Assembly (NCBI GenBank): GCA_964477985.1
Contig: CAYZGL010000001.1
Location: forward strand, 1-63,221
DNA length: 63,221 nucleotides
Direction of reading: 5' to 3'
Source of the DNA: an uncultured Rubrivivax sp.
Lineage (GTDB): Bacteria; Pseudomonadota; Gammaproteobacteria; Burkholderiales; Burkholderiaceae_C
The notes below the pieces were generated by a model. The model was not told the origin of the DNA. It did not search any database and saw only the letters and a program-made list of their open reading frames with translations. Made by a program: the position numbers and the translations under genes. Positions 1 through 9,558 of this stretch are shown here, one piece after another; the first letter of the stretch is position 1, and every line of letters begins with the position of its first letter.

Positions 1-368
1 GTGTTGCTGTCGCCCAGCCGCAGCTTGGTGGCCAGCAGTACCTTGGCGCCGTGCTCGGCCGCGGTCAGCGCCGCGGCGCAGCCGGCGCCGCCGCCGCCGA
101 TCACCAGCACATCGGTGGTCACCAGTTGTGCACCGGCGATGTCGACATCGTCGATCAGCGCATTGGCCTGCAGTTGCTGCGCCAGTTCGGGCTGGCAGGC
201 GTCGCCGCGATTCACGCCGACGGCCAGCGGCACGCGCGCGTTCGGCCCGTGGTCGGGGTGGCAGGCGGCGAGCAGTTCGGCGGCCGGGGTGGTTTGCGTG
301 CGCAGCGTCGGCGTCGCGCCGGCACGCCAGCGGCGCAGCGCGTCTTCGCAGGTGATGGCTGAAGGCAC
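1..368 (-). CDS. FAD-dependent oxidoreductase, succinate dehydrogenase/fumarate reductase flavoprotein family (partial, runs off the left edge)
   Basis: Manual translation from GTG 368: MPSAITCEDAL...HPDHGPNARVPLAVGVNRGD...TDVLVIGGGGAGCAAALTAAEHGAKVLLATKLRLGDSN; GxGxxG FAD motif; no stop before the edge, so absent from the ORF track. Confidence 0.8.
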   Translation of the reverse strand, partial: MPSAITCEDALRRWRAGATPTLRTQTTPAAELLAACHPDHGPNARVPLAVGVNRGDACQPELAQQLQANALIDDVDIAGAQLVTTDVLVIGGGGAGCAAALTAAEHGAKVLLATKLRLGDSN

Positions 369-383
369 GAGGCAGCTTTCGTG

Positions 384-1028
384 TCAGCGCGCCGGCCGCG
401 CCCCCGGCGCGTCGAAGTCGATGCCCATCGCGCCGCTGTCGATCTGCTGCAGCCGGCGCAGCAGGTCACCCGGGCGCAGGCCCAGCGACGCCGTCATGCG
501 GCGCACGAACAGGCCGAGGTGGTTCGGCCGGATGTGCTCGGGGCAGGCCAGCGTGCACAGGTTGCACATCACGCATTCGTCGAACACATCGCCGGCCGCG
601 CCGAGCCGGCCTTCGACGGCCAGGTTCACGCCGCGCTGCACCTCGAGCCCCTTCGGGCAGGCGCGGTCGCAGCCGCCGCAGTGGCGGCAGTGCGCCGCCT
701 CGGGGAACACCTGGCCGACTTGGCGCAGCGCGCCCCAGCTGTCGGTGATGTCCTGCAGGCGATAGACGTGCTGCACCGACGCGGTGAAGTAGTCGAGGAA
801 GGCCGCCTGCATGCCGTCTTCGACCACGGTCTCGCAGGCGAGCTGGGTGCGCACCTCGGCGTCGCCGGCGCGGCGCACCATCACGCGGCACGAGCCGCAC
901 ACGCCTTGGCCCATGCAGCCCACGCCTTCGACCAGCGTATGGCCGGCGTGCACATAGGCCTGCAGGATCGAGCTCGTGGCGGGGGCCTCGAGCTCGCGGC
1001 CTTCGATACTCAGGCGCACCTTCGTCAC
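384..1028 (-). CDS. Iron-sulfur protein (N-terminal 2Fe-2S plus two 4Fe-4S motifs), SdhB/FrdB-like
   Basis: AAGGAG RBS before GTG 1028; GCMGQGVCGSC...LAC (2Fe-2S), CRHCGGCDRACP and CVMCNLCTLACP (4Fe-4S). Confidence 0.85.
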   Translation of the reverse strand: MTKVRLSIEGRELEAPATSSILQAYVHAGHTLVEGVGCMGQGVCGSCRVMVRRAGDAEVRTQLACETVVEDGMQAAFLDYFTASVQHVYRLQDITDSWGALRQVGQVFPEAAHCRHCGGCDRACPKGLEVQRGVNLAVEGRLGAAGDVFDECVMCNLCTLACPEHIRPNHLGLFVRRMTASLGLRPGDLLRRLQQIDSGAMGIDFDAPGARPAR

Positions 1029-1178
1029 GGGTTGCTCCTTGCCGAGTCGGCGCCCGGTGGCGGCGCCACCGCGCAGGGCGGGTGCACAGAATAGCGCAGG
1101 GCCGCATCGACACCGGGATGTCGACGCCGTCACCGCGCCTGCGCAGAATGCGGGCGCCACACAACGAGGAGAAGCATC

Positions 1179-2639
1179 TTGGGGTTCAAACCGATTCCGA
1201 TGGCGGTCGCGCTGGCGATCGGGCTGCTGATCTGGTTCGCCGTCCCGGTGCCCGAGGGCGTCACGCCCAACGCCTGGCAGCTGCTGGCGCTGTTCGTCGC
1301 CACCATCGCCGCGATCATCGGCAAGGCGATGCCGATCGGCGCGCTGTCGATCCTGGCGATCACGCTGGTGGCCATCACCGGCGTGACCAGCGACAAGCCC
1401 GCCACCGCCATCGCCGACGCGCTGAGCAGCTTCGCCAGCCCGCTGATCTGGCTGATCGGCGCGGCGGTGATGATCTCGCGCGCGCTGATCAAGACCGGGC
1501 TGGGCGTGCGCATCGGCTACGGCTTCATCGCCAAATTCGGCAAGCACACGGTGGGCATCGGCTACGCGCTGGCCGCGGCCGAGCTGACGATCGCGCCGGT
1601 CACGCCCAGCAACACCGCGCGCGGCGGCGCCATCATCCACCCGATCATGCGCGGCATCGCCGGCAGCTTCGGCTCCGACCCCGAGCAGGGCACGCAAAAC
1701 CGCATCGGCCGCTACCTGGCGCTGGTCAACTACCACGCCAACCCGATCACCTCGGCGATGTTCATCACCGCCACCGCGCCCAACCCGCTGGTGGTCAAGC
1801 TGGTGGCCGAGGCCACCGGCGCGCAGGTGCAGCTGAGCTGGGGCACCTGGGCGCTGGCGATGCTGCTGCCCGGGCTGGTGGCGCTGGCGCTGATGCCGCT
1901 GGTGATCTACTGGCTGTACCCGCCCGAGATCAAGCACACGCCCGACGCCGCGCAGCTGGCGCGCGACAAGCTGCGCGAACTCGGCCCGATGCGCGCCGGC
2001 GAGAAGATCCTGCTCGGCGTGTTCGCGCTGCTGCTGCTGCTGTGGGCCGGCGTGCCCGAGCGCATCTTCGGCGACGACTGGGCGGTGGACGCCACCGCCG
2101 CCGCCTTCGTCGGCCTGGCCGTGCTGCTGCTGACCGGGGTGCTCGCCTGGGAAGACCTGCTGAAGGAAAAGAGCGCCTGGGACACGATCGTGTGGTTCTC
2201 GGCGCTGGTGATGATGGCCACCTACCTGAACCGGCTCGGTCTGATCGCCTGGCTGTCCAAGGCGATCGAAACCAGCATCGGCGGCCTCGGCTTCGAAGGC
2301 TGGTTCGCGGCGTGTTCGCTGCTGCTGCTGGCCTACCTGTACGCGCACTACATGTTCGCCAGCACCACCGCGCACATCACCGCGATGTTCGGCGCGTTCT
2401 ACGGCGCCGGGCTGGCGCTGGGCGCGCCGCCCTTTTTGTTCGCGCTGCTGATGGCCGCGGCGTCGAACATCATGATGACGCTGACCCACTACGCCACCGG
2501 CACCTCGCCGGTGATCTTCGGCTCGGGCTACACCACGCTGGCCGAATGGTGGAAGGCCGGTTTCGTGATGAGCGTGGTGCTGATCGCGGTGTGGGTGCTG
2601 GTCGGCGCGGCGTGGTGGAAGCTGCTGGGCTACTGGTGA
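1179..2639 (+). CDS. DASS family anion (di/tricarboxylate) transporter, CitT/TtdT-like
   Basis: GAGGAG RBS before TTG; highly hydrophobic 486 aa; PSNTARGG, TATAPN, FASTTAH and THYATGTSP motifs. Confidence 0.9.
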   Translation: MGFKPIPMAVALAIGLLIWFAVPVPEGVTPNAWQLLALFVATIAAIIGKAMPIGALSILAITLVAITGVTSDKPATAIADALSSFASPLIWLIGAAVMISRALIKTGLGVRIGYGFIAKFGKHTVGIGYALAAAELTIAPVTPSNTARGGAIIHPIMRGIAGSFGSDPEQGTQNRIGRYLALVNYHANPITSAMFITATAPNPLVVKLVAEATGAQVQLSWGTWALAMLLPGLVALALMPLVIYWLYPPEIKHTPDAAQLARDKLRELGPMRAGEKILLGVFALLLLLWAGVPERIFGDDWAVDATAAAFVGLAVLLLTGVLAWEDLLKEKSAWDTIVWFSALVMMATYLNRLGLIAWLSKAIETSIGGLGFEGWFAACSLLLLAYLYAHYMFASTTAHITAMFGAFYGAGLALGAPPFLFALLMAAASNIMMTLTHYATGTSPVIFGSGYTTLAEWWKAGFVMSVVLIAVWVLVGAAWWKLLGYW

Positions 2640-2663
2640 GGATCGCCGCGCGTCGGAACGCGG

Positions 2664-3947
2664 TCAGAACGAGAACGGATAGTTGACGATCACCCGCGCC
2701 TGCGTCTGCGTCTGCGCCGCACCGTCCTCCTGCAGCCACGAATAGCGCAGCGTGGCCACCAGACCGGCGAGCACGGTGCCCTTGCCGAAACGATAGTCGG
2801 CGCGGATGTCGGTCTCGTTGCGGTTGCCGATCGGCACGCCGCTCAGGTTCCGGACGCGGTCGCTGCCCGAGGCGTAGACCGCGGCCGCGCTCAGGCCCGG
2901 CGCGCCGAACCCGGCGAAGTCGATGCTGCCGCCCAGACCCCAGGCGCTCTCGCCCGCTGAGTTAAACGGCACCTGCTGCAGGTTCAGGTACGAGGGGTGG
3001 TCGCCCCAGGGGTTCTGCGTGGCGTACTCGCTGCCGGTGCGCGTGAACGACAGGTGCGCGCCGAAGGGGCCGTGATCGAGCTTGGCCTGCAAACCCGCAC
3101 CCCAGGTCGAGAAGTCGCCGATCTGCTGGGCGCCGACCGAACTCTGCGGGAAGTACTGCGCGCCCAGCGTCAGCCGGGTCTGTTCGCCCAGTGCGACCGG
3201 AAAGCGGCCGTCGATGTAGAAGGTGTTGTAGGTATCCACGCCGTACTGCAGGTCGGCGCGCAGCCGCGCGTCCTTCATGAAGTTCCAGTCGACCCCGGCG
3301 AAGTACACGCCTTCGTTGCTGCCCGTGCCGCCGGCGTCGCTCGACATCGAGACGAACTTTTCGGCGTCGCGGTTCTTGATCTTCGCGATGTAGCCGCCGG
3401 TGTACGACACGCCCTCGGCCGGCGCGCCGCTCAGCGTGTAGGCCTCGAAGGTGTTGGGCACCATGCGGTTGTCCTGCGCGTTGATGAACGGCCGGTCGAT
3501 CAGCTGGCGGTAGGCGGTGAAGGTCTGCCCGGCAAAACGCAGCGCGGCCCAGGCCAGGCCGATGACGTTGATCGCATCCTGGTCCGACTGCAGCAGCAGC
3601 GTGCCGCCCTTGCCGTCGGGCCCGTACAGCCGCTGCGAGGTGTAGCCGACCACGCCGAGCTGCACCACGTCGCCCAGCCACGGGCTGCGCAGCCCCGCCC
3701 AACCACCCAGCGCCCAGGCGGTGCTGGGCTGGCCCGCCAGGCTTTCCTGGTCGAAGTAGTAGGTGCGCAGCTGCAGCACCGGCTCGATGCCGCCGGGCAG
3801 CTTGGTGCCTTCCTTCGGCAGTTCGCCGGGCGAGACGCCCTGCGCCGACGCCGCGGCCGCCAGTGCGAGCAGGCCCGCGGCGATGCAGGCCGCGGCCTTG
3901 GGGCGGCGCGGGCGCGCCGGTTGGCGAAGGGGCGTGAGCTGAACCAT
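2664..3947 (-). CDS. Outer membrane porin, OprD-like
   Basis: GGAG RBS before ATG 3947; signal peptide; PFINAQDNRMVPNTFEAY motif; amphipathic beta pattern; C-terminal YPFSF. Confidence 0.75.
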   Translation of the reverse strand: MVQLTPLRQPARPRRPKAAACIAAGLLALAAAASAQGVSPGELPKEGTKLPGGIEPVLQLRTYYFDQESLAGQPSTAWALGGWAGLRSPWLGDVVQLGVVGYTSQRLYGPDGKGGTLLLQSDQDAINVIGLAWAALRFAGQTFTAYRQLIDRPFINAQDNRMVPNTFEAYTLSGAPAEGVSYTGGYIAKIKNRDAEKFVSMSSDAGGTGSNEGVYFAGVDWNFMKDARLRADLQYGVDTYNTFYIDGRFPVALGEQTRLTLGAQYFPQSSVGAQQIGDFSTWGAGLQAKLDHGPFGAHLSFTRTGSEYATQNPWGDHPSYLNLQQVPFNSAGESAWGLGGSIDFAGFGAPGLSAAAVYASGSDRVRNLSGVPIGNRNETDIRADYRFGKGTVLAGLVATLRYSWLQEDGAAQTQTQARVIVNYPFSF

Positions 3948-4232
3948 CGTCTGTCGTCTCCAGGTCTTTGGGGTGCTGCCGACCGCAAGCATGGCCGCTT
4001 CGAAGGCCGCGCGCGGTATTGTCATTCTGCCCAGCTCCGTCGCCGCACCCGCCACCGCGTTCCCGCCGTCGAGGCCGTGCCATCGCTGCACGCGTACAAG
4101 GGCCGGCAGGCTGGCCTGCGCCCGATGATCGAAGCCGCTGCGGCAGGCCGCCGTTCGCGCGGCAGGGGGCGGTACGCCGGTCATGCATGCCTAGAATCTT
4201 CGCAGTGGGCAGTGCAGCCCCGCATGCCACGC

Positions 4233-4577
4233 ATGAAGCCGAAACCCGCGAGCTGTTGGATGTCGTCGCTGGCGTTGTCGTTGACGCTGGGGCTCTCGCC
4301 CGCGCTGCACCCCGACGCGCTGCAAAAGTACAGCTGGCACGCCAGCATGAAGTCGCCGACCGCCTTGCCCGACGTGCTCAGCCGCATGAACGGGGGCCTG
4401 GCCTCGACGCAAAAGCTCGGCGACGCCTTCCTCGGCCAGCAGAAGGAACTGTTCGATGCCGTGCAGGCGCTGCGCCACAAGGCCCAGGCCGCAGGCCACC
4501 TGAAGCGCAACGAGCGGCAAACGGTCAAGACCGCGGCGCAGCCGAGCCCGCAGGTCATCGTGACAGCCACATCGTGA
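4233..4577 (+). pseudogene. Internally deleted, truncated DUF3300-like gene remnant
   Basis: High GC3 codon pattern; ALHPDAL joined directly to WHASMKS...TQKLGDAFLGQQKELFDAVQALRHKAQAAGHLK, resembling DUF3300 segments from memory. Confidence 0.5.
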
Positions 4578-4625
4578 CAGCAAGTTAGGCTCGCGCCCGC
4601 GCGGGCAATCTGCGAAACCCTCGAC

Positions 4626-5717
4626 ATGGAACCCACGGCATCGGCCCCGTCAGGGCCTGCGGCACCTGCCGTCGACTGGTCGCGTCTGGTCGGCGGCTTC
4701 GTCGCGCTGCCTCGGCTGCTGGCCGAACGCGGCGTGGCGCCGGCCCGCGTGCTCGAACCTGCCGGGCTGGCACCCGAGGCGCTCGCCCGGGCCGACCGGC
4801 GCGTCGGCTTCGCCGCTTCCGCGCGTGCCTTGAGCGAGGCGGTGCGTGCCACGCACTGCGCGCATTTCGGCCTGGTGGCCGGGCGCGAGACGCGTCTGGC
4901 GGACCTGGGCTTCGTGGGTACCCTCACCCGGGCGGCACCCACCGTCGGCTCGGCGCTGCGCGCCTTCACCGGGCATCACCGCCTCGTCTCCACGGGCGGC
5001 GCGCTCTTCCTGCAGCAGCACGACCACAGCGTGTCGTGGGGCCACGCGGTCGTCCACCCCGCAGTGGACCAACTGGCGCCATCCCACGACTTCGCCGTCG
5101 CCGCCGGTGTCAGCCTGCTGCGCGAGCTGTGCGGCGCGCAGTGGAACCCGAGCGAGGTGCTGCTGCCGCACCGCTGCGGCGCCGACCCGCGGGCCTACGA
5201 GCGCTTCTTCCGTTGCCCGGTGCGCTTCGGCGCCGAGCACTGCGCGCTTCGCTTCCCGGCGCGCACGCTGGACCTTGCGCTGCCCACCCCCGCCAGCCCG
5301 GCGCGCCTGGCGCTGGCGCCACACACGGCACTGGCCGGCGCCGAGCTGCTGGCCGAGGTCTACCGCATGGCGCGGCTGCTGCTGCTGCAGGGCCAGACGC
5401 ACGGCGACCGGATCGCGCAGGCGCTGGGGCTGCACCGGCGCACGCTGGCGCGGCGGCTGCAGGCGCAGGGCCTGAGCTTCCAGCAGGTGCTCGACGAGGT
5501 GCGCTGCGCCGTCGCCCGCGAACTGCTGGCCGAGACCGGGCTGTCGGTGGTCGACATCGCGCTGACGCTCGGTTATGCCGAGGCCAGCCCCTTCGTTCGC
5601 GCCTTCCGCCGCTGGACCGGCATGGCGCCGCTGCACTGGCGCAGCGCAACGCGCGCAGCCAGGCCCGACGACGGCTACGCGTGGCCGGCCGCCGCGGCGG
5701 CGCCGCGCCGGGCGTAG
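4626..5717 (+). CDS. AraC family transcriptional regulator with N-terminal ligand-binding domain
   Basis: C-terminal double HTH: IAQALGLHRRTLARRL...DIALTLGYAEASPFVRAFRRWTGMAP. Confidence 0.9.
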   Translation: MEPTASAPSGPAAPAVDWSRLVGGFVALPRLLAERGVAPARVLEPAGLAPEALARADRRVGFAASARALSEAVRATHCAHFGLVAGRETRLADLGFVGTLTRAAPTVGSALRAFTGHHRLVSTGGALFLQQHDHSVSWGHAVVHPAVDQLAPSHDFAVAAGVSLLRELCGAQWNPSEVLLPHRCGADPRAYERFFRCPVRFGAEHCALRFPARTLDLALPTPASPARLALAPHTALAGAELLAEVYRMARLLLLQGQTHGDRIAQALGLHRRTLARRLQAQGLSFQQVLDEVRCAVARELLAETGLSVVDIALTLGYAEASPFVRAFRRWTGMAPLHWRSATRAARPDDGYAWPAAAAAPRRA

Positions 5718-6538
5718 ACGGTCGCGGCGCCGAACGAGAACGCCGCCTGCATCAGCACGCCCAACGCCACCACGACCACCGCGCGCTGGTCGGCACCGGG
5801 CACGGCAAACAGCGGCGCGAAGGCCGCGCCCAGGTTGCGCGTCGCCAGGCCGAGCGACAGCACGATGCGCTGGCCGCGCGGCAGGCCGAAGCCAAGGGCG
5901 TAGGGCAGCACCGTCGCGGCGCTGAAGAACAGCAGCTGCGCGCCGATGACCCAGCTGCCGAGCAGCGACACGAAGCCCTCGCCGTAGACGACGACGCACA
6001 GCACCAGCATCGCCAGCGTGTCGACGTTGGTCAGCTTCTTGACGAGCGGATGCAGCCGCTCGGCACGCGGCAGCGAGCGGCGGCGCAGCCCCAGGCCCAG
6101 CGCCAGCGGCAGCAGCAGGAACAGCAGCAGCGGCTTGGCGATGGTCCAGGCATCGGCGCTCAGGCCGGAGGTCAAGCGCGGCACGGCCAGCGGCATGTAG
6201 GCCACGATCACCAGCACCGCCAGCAGCATGAAGGCCGCGGTGCAGCCGAGGTCGCCGCGCGCCCGATCGACCATCGGCGGCAGGAAGGGCGCGCACGGCG
6301 CCATGCCCAGCAGCACCAGCCCGGTGGCATAGGGATGCTCCAGCGGCAACAGGTGGGCCAGGCCCCAGGCCAGCGCCGGCAGCGCGACGAAGCCCCACAG
6401 CAGGCTGGCGAGCAGGAAGCGCGCATCGCGCAGGTCGCGCAGCGCCTGGCGCGCATCGAGCCGCAGCCCCATGTCGAGCATGTTGCCGATCATGAACAGC
6501 GCCAGCGTGATGTTCAGCAGGTGCTTCAGCGCCTCCAT
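5675..6538 (-). CDS. Bile acid:sodium symporter (BASS) family transporter
   Basis: Hydrophobic; MLDMGL, APCAP and TRNLG motifs; start could be GTG 6544. Confidence 0.8.
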   Translation of the reverse strand: MEALKHLLNITLALFMIGNMLDMGLRLDARQALRDLRDARFLLASLLWGFVALPALAWGLAHLLPLEHPYATGLVLLGMAPCAPFLPPMVDRARGDLGCTAAFMLLAVLVIVAYMPLAVPRLTSGLSADAWTIAKPLLLFLLLPLALGLGLRRRSLPRAERLHPLVKKLTNVDTLAMLVLCVVVYGEGFVSLLGSWVIGAQLLFFSAATVLPYALGFGLPRGQRIVLSLGLATRNLGAAFAPLFAVPGADQRAVVVVALGVLMQAAFSFGAATVYARRGAAAAAGHA

Positions 6539-6545
6539 GCGCACT

Positions 6546-7499
6546 TCAAGGCGGCGGCGGTGTGCGGCCGAAGGCCTCGTCGATGATCGCCTGCAGCCGG
6601 CGCAGCGTGGCGTCGGGCAGTGCCGGGAAGTCGCGCAACTCGTAGACGCGGCCGAGGAAGTCGTACTTGCTCTGGCCGTAGCGGTGGTACGGCAGCAGCT
6701 GGTAGTCGACCACGTTGCGGTACGGCCGGATGAAGGCCAGCACCGCGCGGATGTGTTGCTCGGTGTCGTTGACGCCGGGGATCACCGGCGTGCGCGCGAT
6801 GAAGGTCTTGTCGGGGAAGGTCTCGTAGGCGCGCTTGAAGTTGGCCTGGATGCGCGCGTTGTCCACGCCGACCCAGCGCTTGTGCATCGCCGGGTCGGCC
6901 TGCTTGTGGTCGTGCAGCACCGTATCCACATGCTGCAGCACCTGTTCGAAGAAGTGCCACGGCACGTTGCCCGCGGTCTCGATCGCGGTGTTCAGCCCGC
7001 GCCGCTGCGCTTCGGCGAGCAGCGCGGCGCTGAACTCCGGCTGCAGCGTGCATTCGCCGCCCGACAGCGTGAGGCCGCCGCCGGACTCGGCATAGAACGC
7101 GGTGTCCTGCTCGACCTCGGCCAGCACCTGCTCGATCGTCATCGGCTGGCCGAAGCTGGTCAGCGCCTCGGACGGGCACACCGGCACGCACAGGCCGCAG
7201 TTGGTGCACAGGTCCCAGTTGATGCGCACCTTGCCGTCGGCCTCGGCGACGTGGATCGCCGTCTCCGGGCAGACCTTCAGGCAGGCGCCGCACTCGGCCT
7301 CGCCGATGCACTTCTTCGGGTCGTAGGCCAGCTCGGGCTTCGGGTGGATGCTCTCCGGGTTGCAGCACCACTTGCAGCGCAGCGAGCAGCCTTTGAGGAA
7401 CACCGTCGTGCGGATGCCCGGGCCGTCGTTGGTGCAGAAGTGCTGGATGTTCAGCACGCGGCCGGTCAGCCGCTCGGCCTGTTCGGTGTGCAGGCTCAT
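6546..7499 (-). CDS. Glycyl-radical enzyme activating enzyme (radical SAM with 2x[4Fe-4S] insert)
   Basis: DGPGIRTTVFLKGCSLRCKWCCNPES; ferredoxin-like CIGEAECGACLKVCP and CTNCGLCVPVCP; GLTLSGGE; start overlaps the upstream stop (ATGA). Confidence 0.95.
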   Translation of the reverse strand: MSLHTEQAERLTGRVLNIQHFCTNDGPGIRTTVFLKGCSLRCKWCCNPESIHPKPELAYDPKKCIGEAECGACLKVCPETAIHVAEADGKVRINWDLCTNCGLCVPVCPSEALTSFGQPMTIEQVLAEVEQDTAFYAESGGGLTLSGGECTLQPEFSAALLAEAQRRGLNTAIETAGNVPWHFFEQVLQHVDTVLHDHKQADPAMHKRWVGVDNARIQANFKRAYETFPDKTFIARTPVIPGVNDTEQHIRAVLAFIRPYRNVVDYQLLPYHRYGQSKYDFLGRVYELRDFPALPDATLRRLQAIIDEAFGRTPPPP

Positions 7500-8671
7500 C
7501 GTGCGCCTCCGGCCGCGACGGCATCGCCCAGCGCGATGCCCAGTGCCCGCGCGCCGCGCACGAAGGCGCCGTCCAGCGGCAGCGCGCGCACGCGCTGCAG
7601 CGCCTCGGTGATCGGCACGCGGCCCATCTCGGGCGGCTGCCAGCTCATCAACACGCCGTCCTCGCCGGCCAGCAGCGAGCGCACCGCGCCCGCGCCGTAC
7701 AGGCGGCCGAGCTGCCGGTCCACCGCCGTCGGCGGGCCGCCGCGCGGCAGCAGGCCCAGTGTCATCGGCATCGTCTCGCCTGCGGCTCGGCCTTGCAGCG
7801 CCGACGCCACCGCCTTGGCCGCCGCGCCGCTGCGGTCGATCACATGCTCGCCGTGGCCGAAGGCCAGGTCGGCGTTGGGCGCGAGGCTGGCGCGCAGCGG
7901 GTCGGCCGCCTCGGCCTGGGTCGCACCTTCGATGGCTTGGGCACCCTCCGCGACGACCACCAGCGACGGCCGCCGCCCGCCGCGCCCGGCCGCCTCCAGC
8001 GCCGCAGCCAGCGCAGTGACGTCGTAGCGGATCTCCGGGATCAGCACCGCATCGGCCTGCGCCGCGATGCCGGCCTGCAGCGCCAGCCAGCCGGCATGCC
8101 GGCCCGGCACCTCGACGACCGCCAGCCGGCCCACGTCGTGCGCGCCCTGGCGGATGCGCTGCAGCGACTCGGCCACGTTGGCCAGCACCGAGTCGTAGCC
8201 GAAGGCCAGCGGCACGCCGGCGATCTCGTTTTCCACCGCCTTCGGAATGCACACCGTGCGCAGGCCACGCCGGTGCAGCTTGAAGGCCACGCTCAGCGCG
8301 TGCAGCCCGGTGACGGCGCTGGCGCCGGTGACCGAGACCACGCCGTCGATGCCGGCCTGGCGCAGGCGCTGCAGCAGTTCGGCCGAGCGGTCGACTTCCT
8401 CGATCGCGCCGTCGGCATTCACCGCGCGCATGCGGAACGGGTCGTGCCGCGGCGCGACGCCGAGCCGGATGGCGCCGGCCTCGACACCGGCCGGATCCAG
8501 CCGCACCAGACCCGGCGCGCTGCCGTCGCCGTCGTCGAGCAGGCCGTCGTAGCCGTCGCGGATGCCGACGATCTCGCAGCCCGCAGCCCGCGCCGCGAGC
8601 ACCGCGCCGGCCAGCACCTGTTCCAACCCGGGCACCAGCCCGCCGCCGAAATTGATCGCGATGCGCTTCAT
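7496..8671 (-). CDS. 6-phosphofructokinase (PfkA)-fold protein with degenerate catalytic motifs
   Basis: MKRIAINFGGGLVPG, GIRDGYDGL, IPKAVENE, VVEVPGRHAGWLAL, VLIPE, VVVAEGA, LGLLPRGG.PTAVDR align to PfkA motifs. Confidence 0.85.
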   Translation of the reverse strand: MKRIAINFGGGLVPGLEQVLAGAVLAARAAGCEIVGIRDGYDGLLDDGDGSAPGLVRLDPAGVEAGAIRLGVAPRHDPFRMRAVNADGAIEEVDRSAELLQRLRQAGIDGVVSVTGASAVTGLHALSVAFKLHRRGLRTVCIPKAVENEIAGVPLAFGYDSVLANVAESLQRIRQGAHDVGRLAVVEVPGRHAGWLALQAGIAAQADAVLIPEIRYDVTALAAALEAAGRGGRRPSLVVVAEGAQAIEGATQAEAADPLRASLAPNADLAFGHGEHVIDRSGAAAKAVASALQGRAAGETMPMTLGLLPRGGPPTAVDRQLGRLYGAGAVRSLLAGEDGVLMSWQPPEMGRVPITEALQRVRALPLDGAFVRGARALGIALGDAVAAGGAR

Positions 8672-8691
8672 CGCCGCCGGACCGTTGGGCT

Positions 8692-9516
8692 TCAACCCTT
8701 GTGCTGCGCGGCCTGCGCGTCGGCCATGCGCTTGCGCACGATCGGCCGCAGGTCTTCGCCGAAGCCGCTCATCAGCCCGCCGTCCACCGCCAGCATCTGG
8801 CCGGTGATCATCTGCGCGCGGTCGCTGGCGAGGAAGCTGACCGCTTCGCCGATCTCCTCGATCGTGCACATGCGGCCCAGCGGGATCAGGCGCTTGGTGA
8901 CCATCTCGCGGAACTCGGGCGCGGTGTGCTGCTCCATCAGCGGCGTCAGCACGCCGCCCGGGCAGATCGAGTTGACGGTGATGTGGCTGTCGGCCACCTC
9001 CCACGCCAAGTGCTGCGTCAGGCCGGCGACGCCGTGCTTGGACACGGTGTAGTCGGCGCTGCCGAAGAAGGTCATGCGCAGCGCCGCGGTGGAGGCGATG
9101 TTGACGATGCGGCCGCTGCGCTGCGCCATCATCGGCTCGAGCACCGCCTGGCAGCACAGGAAGGTGCCCTTCAGGTTGATGCCGAGCACGCGGTCCCACT
9201 GCGCTTCGGGCATGTCGCGCAGCAGGCAGGGTGCGGCCTCGATGCCGGCGTTGTTCACCAGGACGTCGACGCGGCCGAAGGCGGCGATCGTGGCCGCGAC
9301 CATCGCGTCGGCCTCGGCCTTCTTCGAGATATCGGTGCGTGTGGCGATGGCCTGGCCGCCGCCGGCCTTGATCGCGTCGACCACCTTGTTCGCGTCGTCG
9401 AGGTTCATGTCGACGATGACCAGCTTCGCGCCCTCGCGCGCCAGCACGCGGGCGATGCCTTCGCCGATGCCGCGGCCCGAGCCGGTGACGATGGCGACCT
9501 TGTCCTGCAGTTCCAT
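8692..9516 (-). CDS. Short-chain dehydrogenase/reductase (probably NAD-preferring)
   Basis: GGAGAAGG RBS; TGSGRGIG, NNAG, YTVSK catalytic motif; acidic residue after beta2 (VDMN). Confidence 0.9.
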   Translation of the reverse strand: MELQDKVAIVTGSGRGIGEGIARVLAREGAKLVIVDMNLDDANKVVDAIKAGGGQAIATRTDISKKAEADAMVAATIAAFGRVDVLVNNAGIEAAPCLLRDMPEAQWDRVLGINLKGTFLCCQAVLEPMMAQRSGRIVNIASTAALRMTFFGSADYTVSKHGVAGLTQHLAWEVADSHITVNSICPGGVLTPLMEQHTAPEFREMVTKRLIPLGRMCTIEEIGEAVSFLASDRAQMITGQMLAVDGGLMSGFGEDLRPIVRKRMADAQAAQHKG

Positions 9517-9558
9517 GATGTCCTTCTCCATTTTTCGGGTTCTGTCGATCGGCCCCGC

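Noticed and set aside
384-2489. 701-aa minus-strand ORF as a single protein
   Set aside because: Only the last 214 aa are Fe-S protein with their own RBS; the rest is antisense to the DASS gene. Similar over-extended starts were trimmed elsewhere
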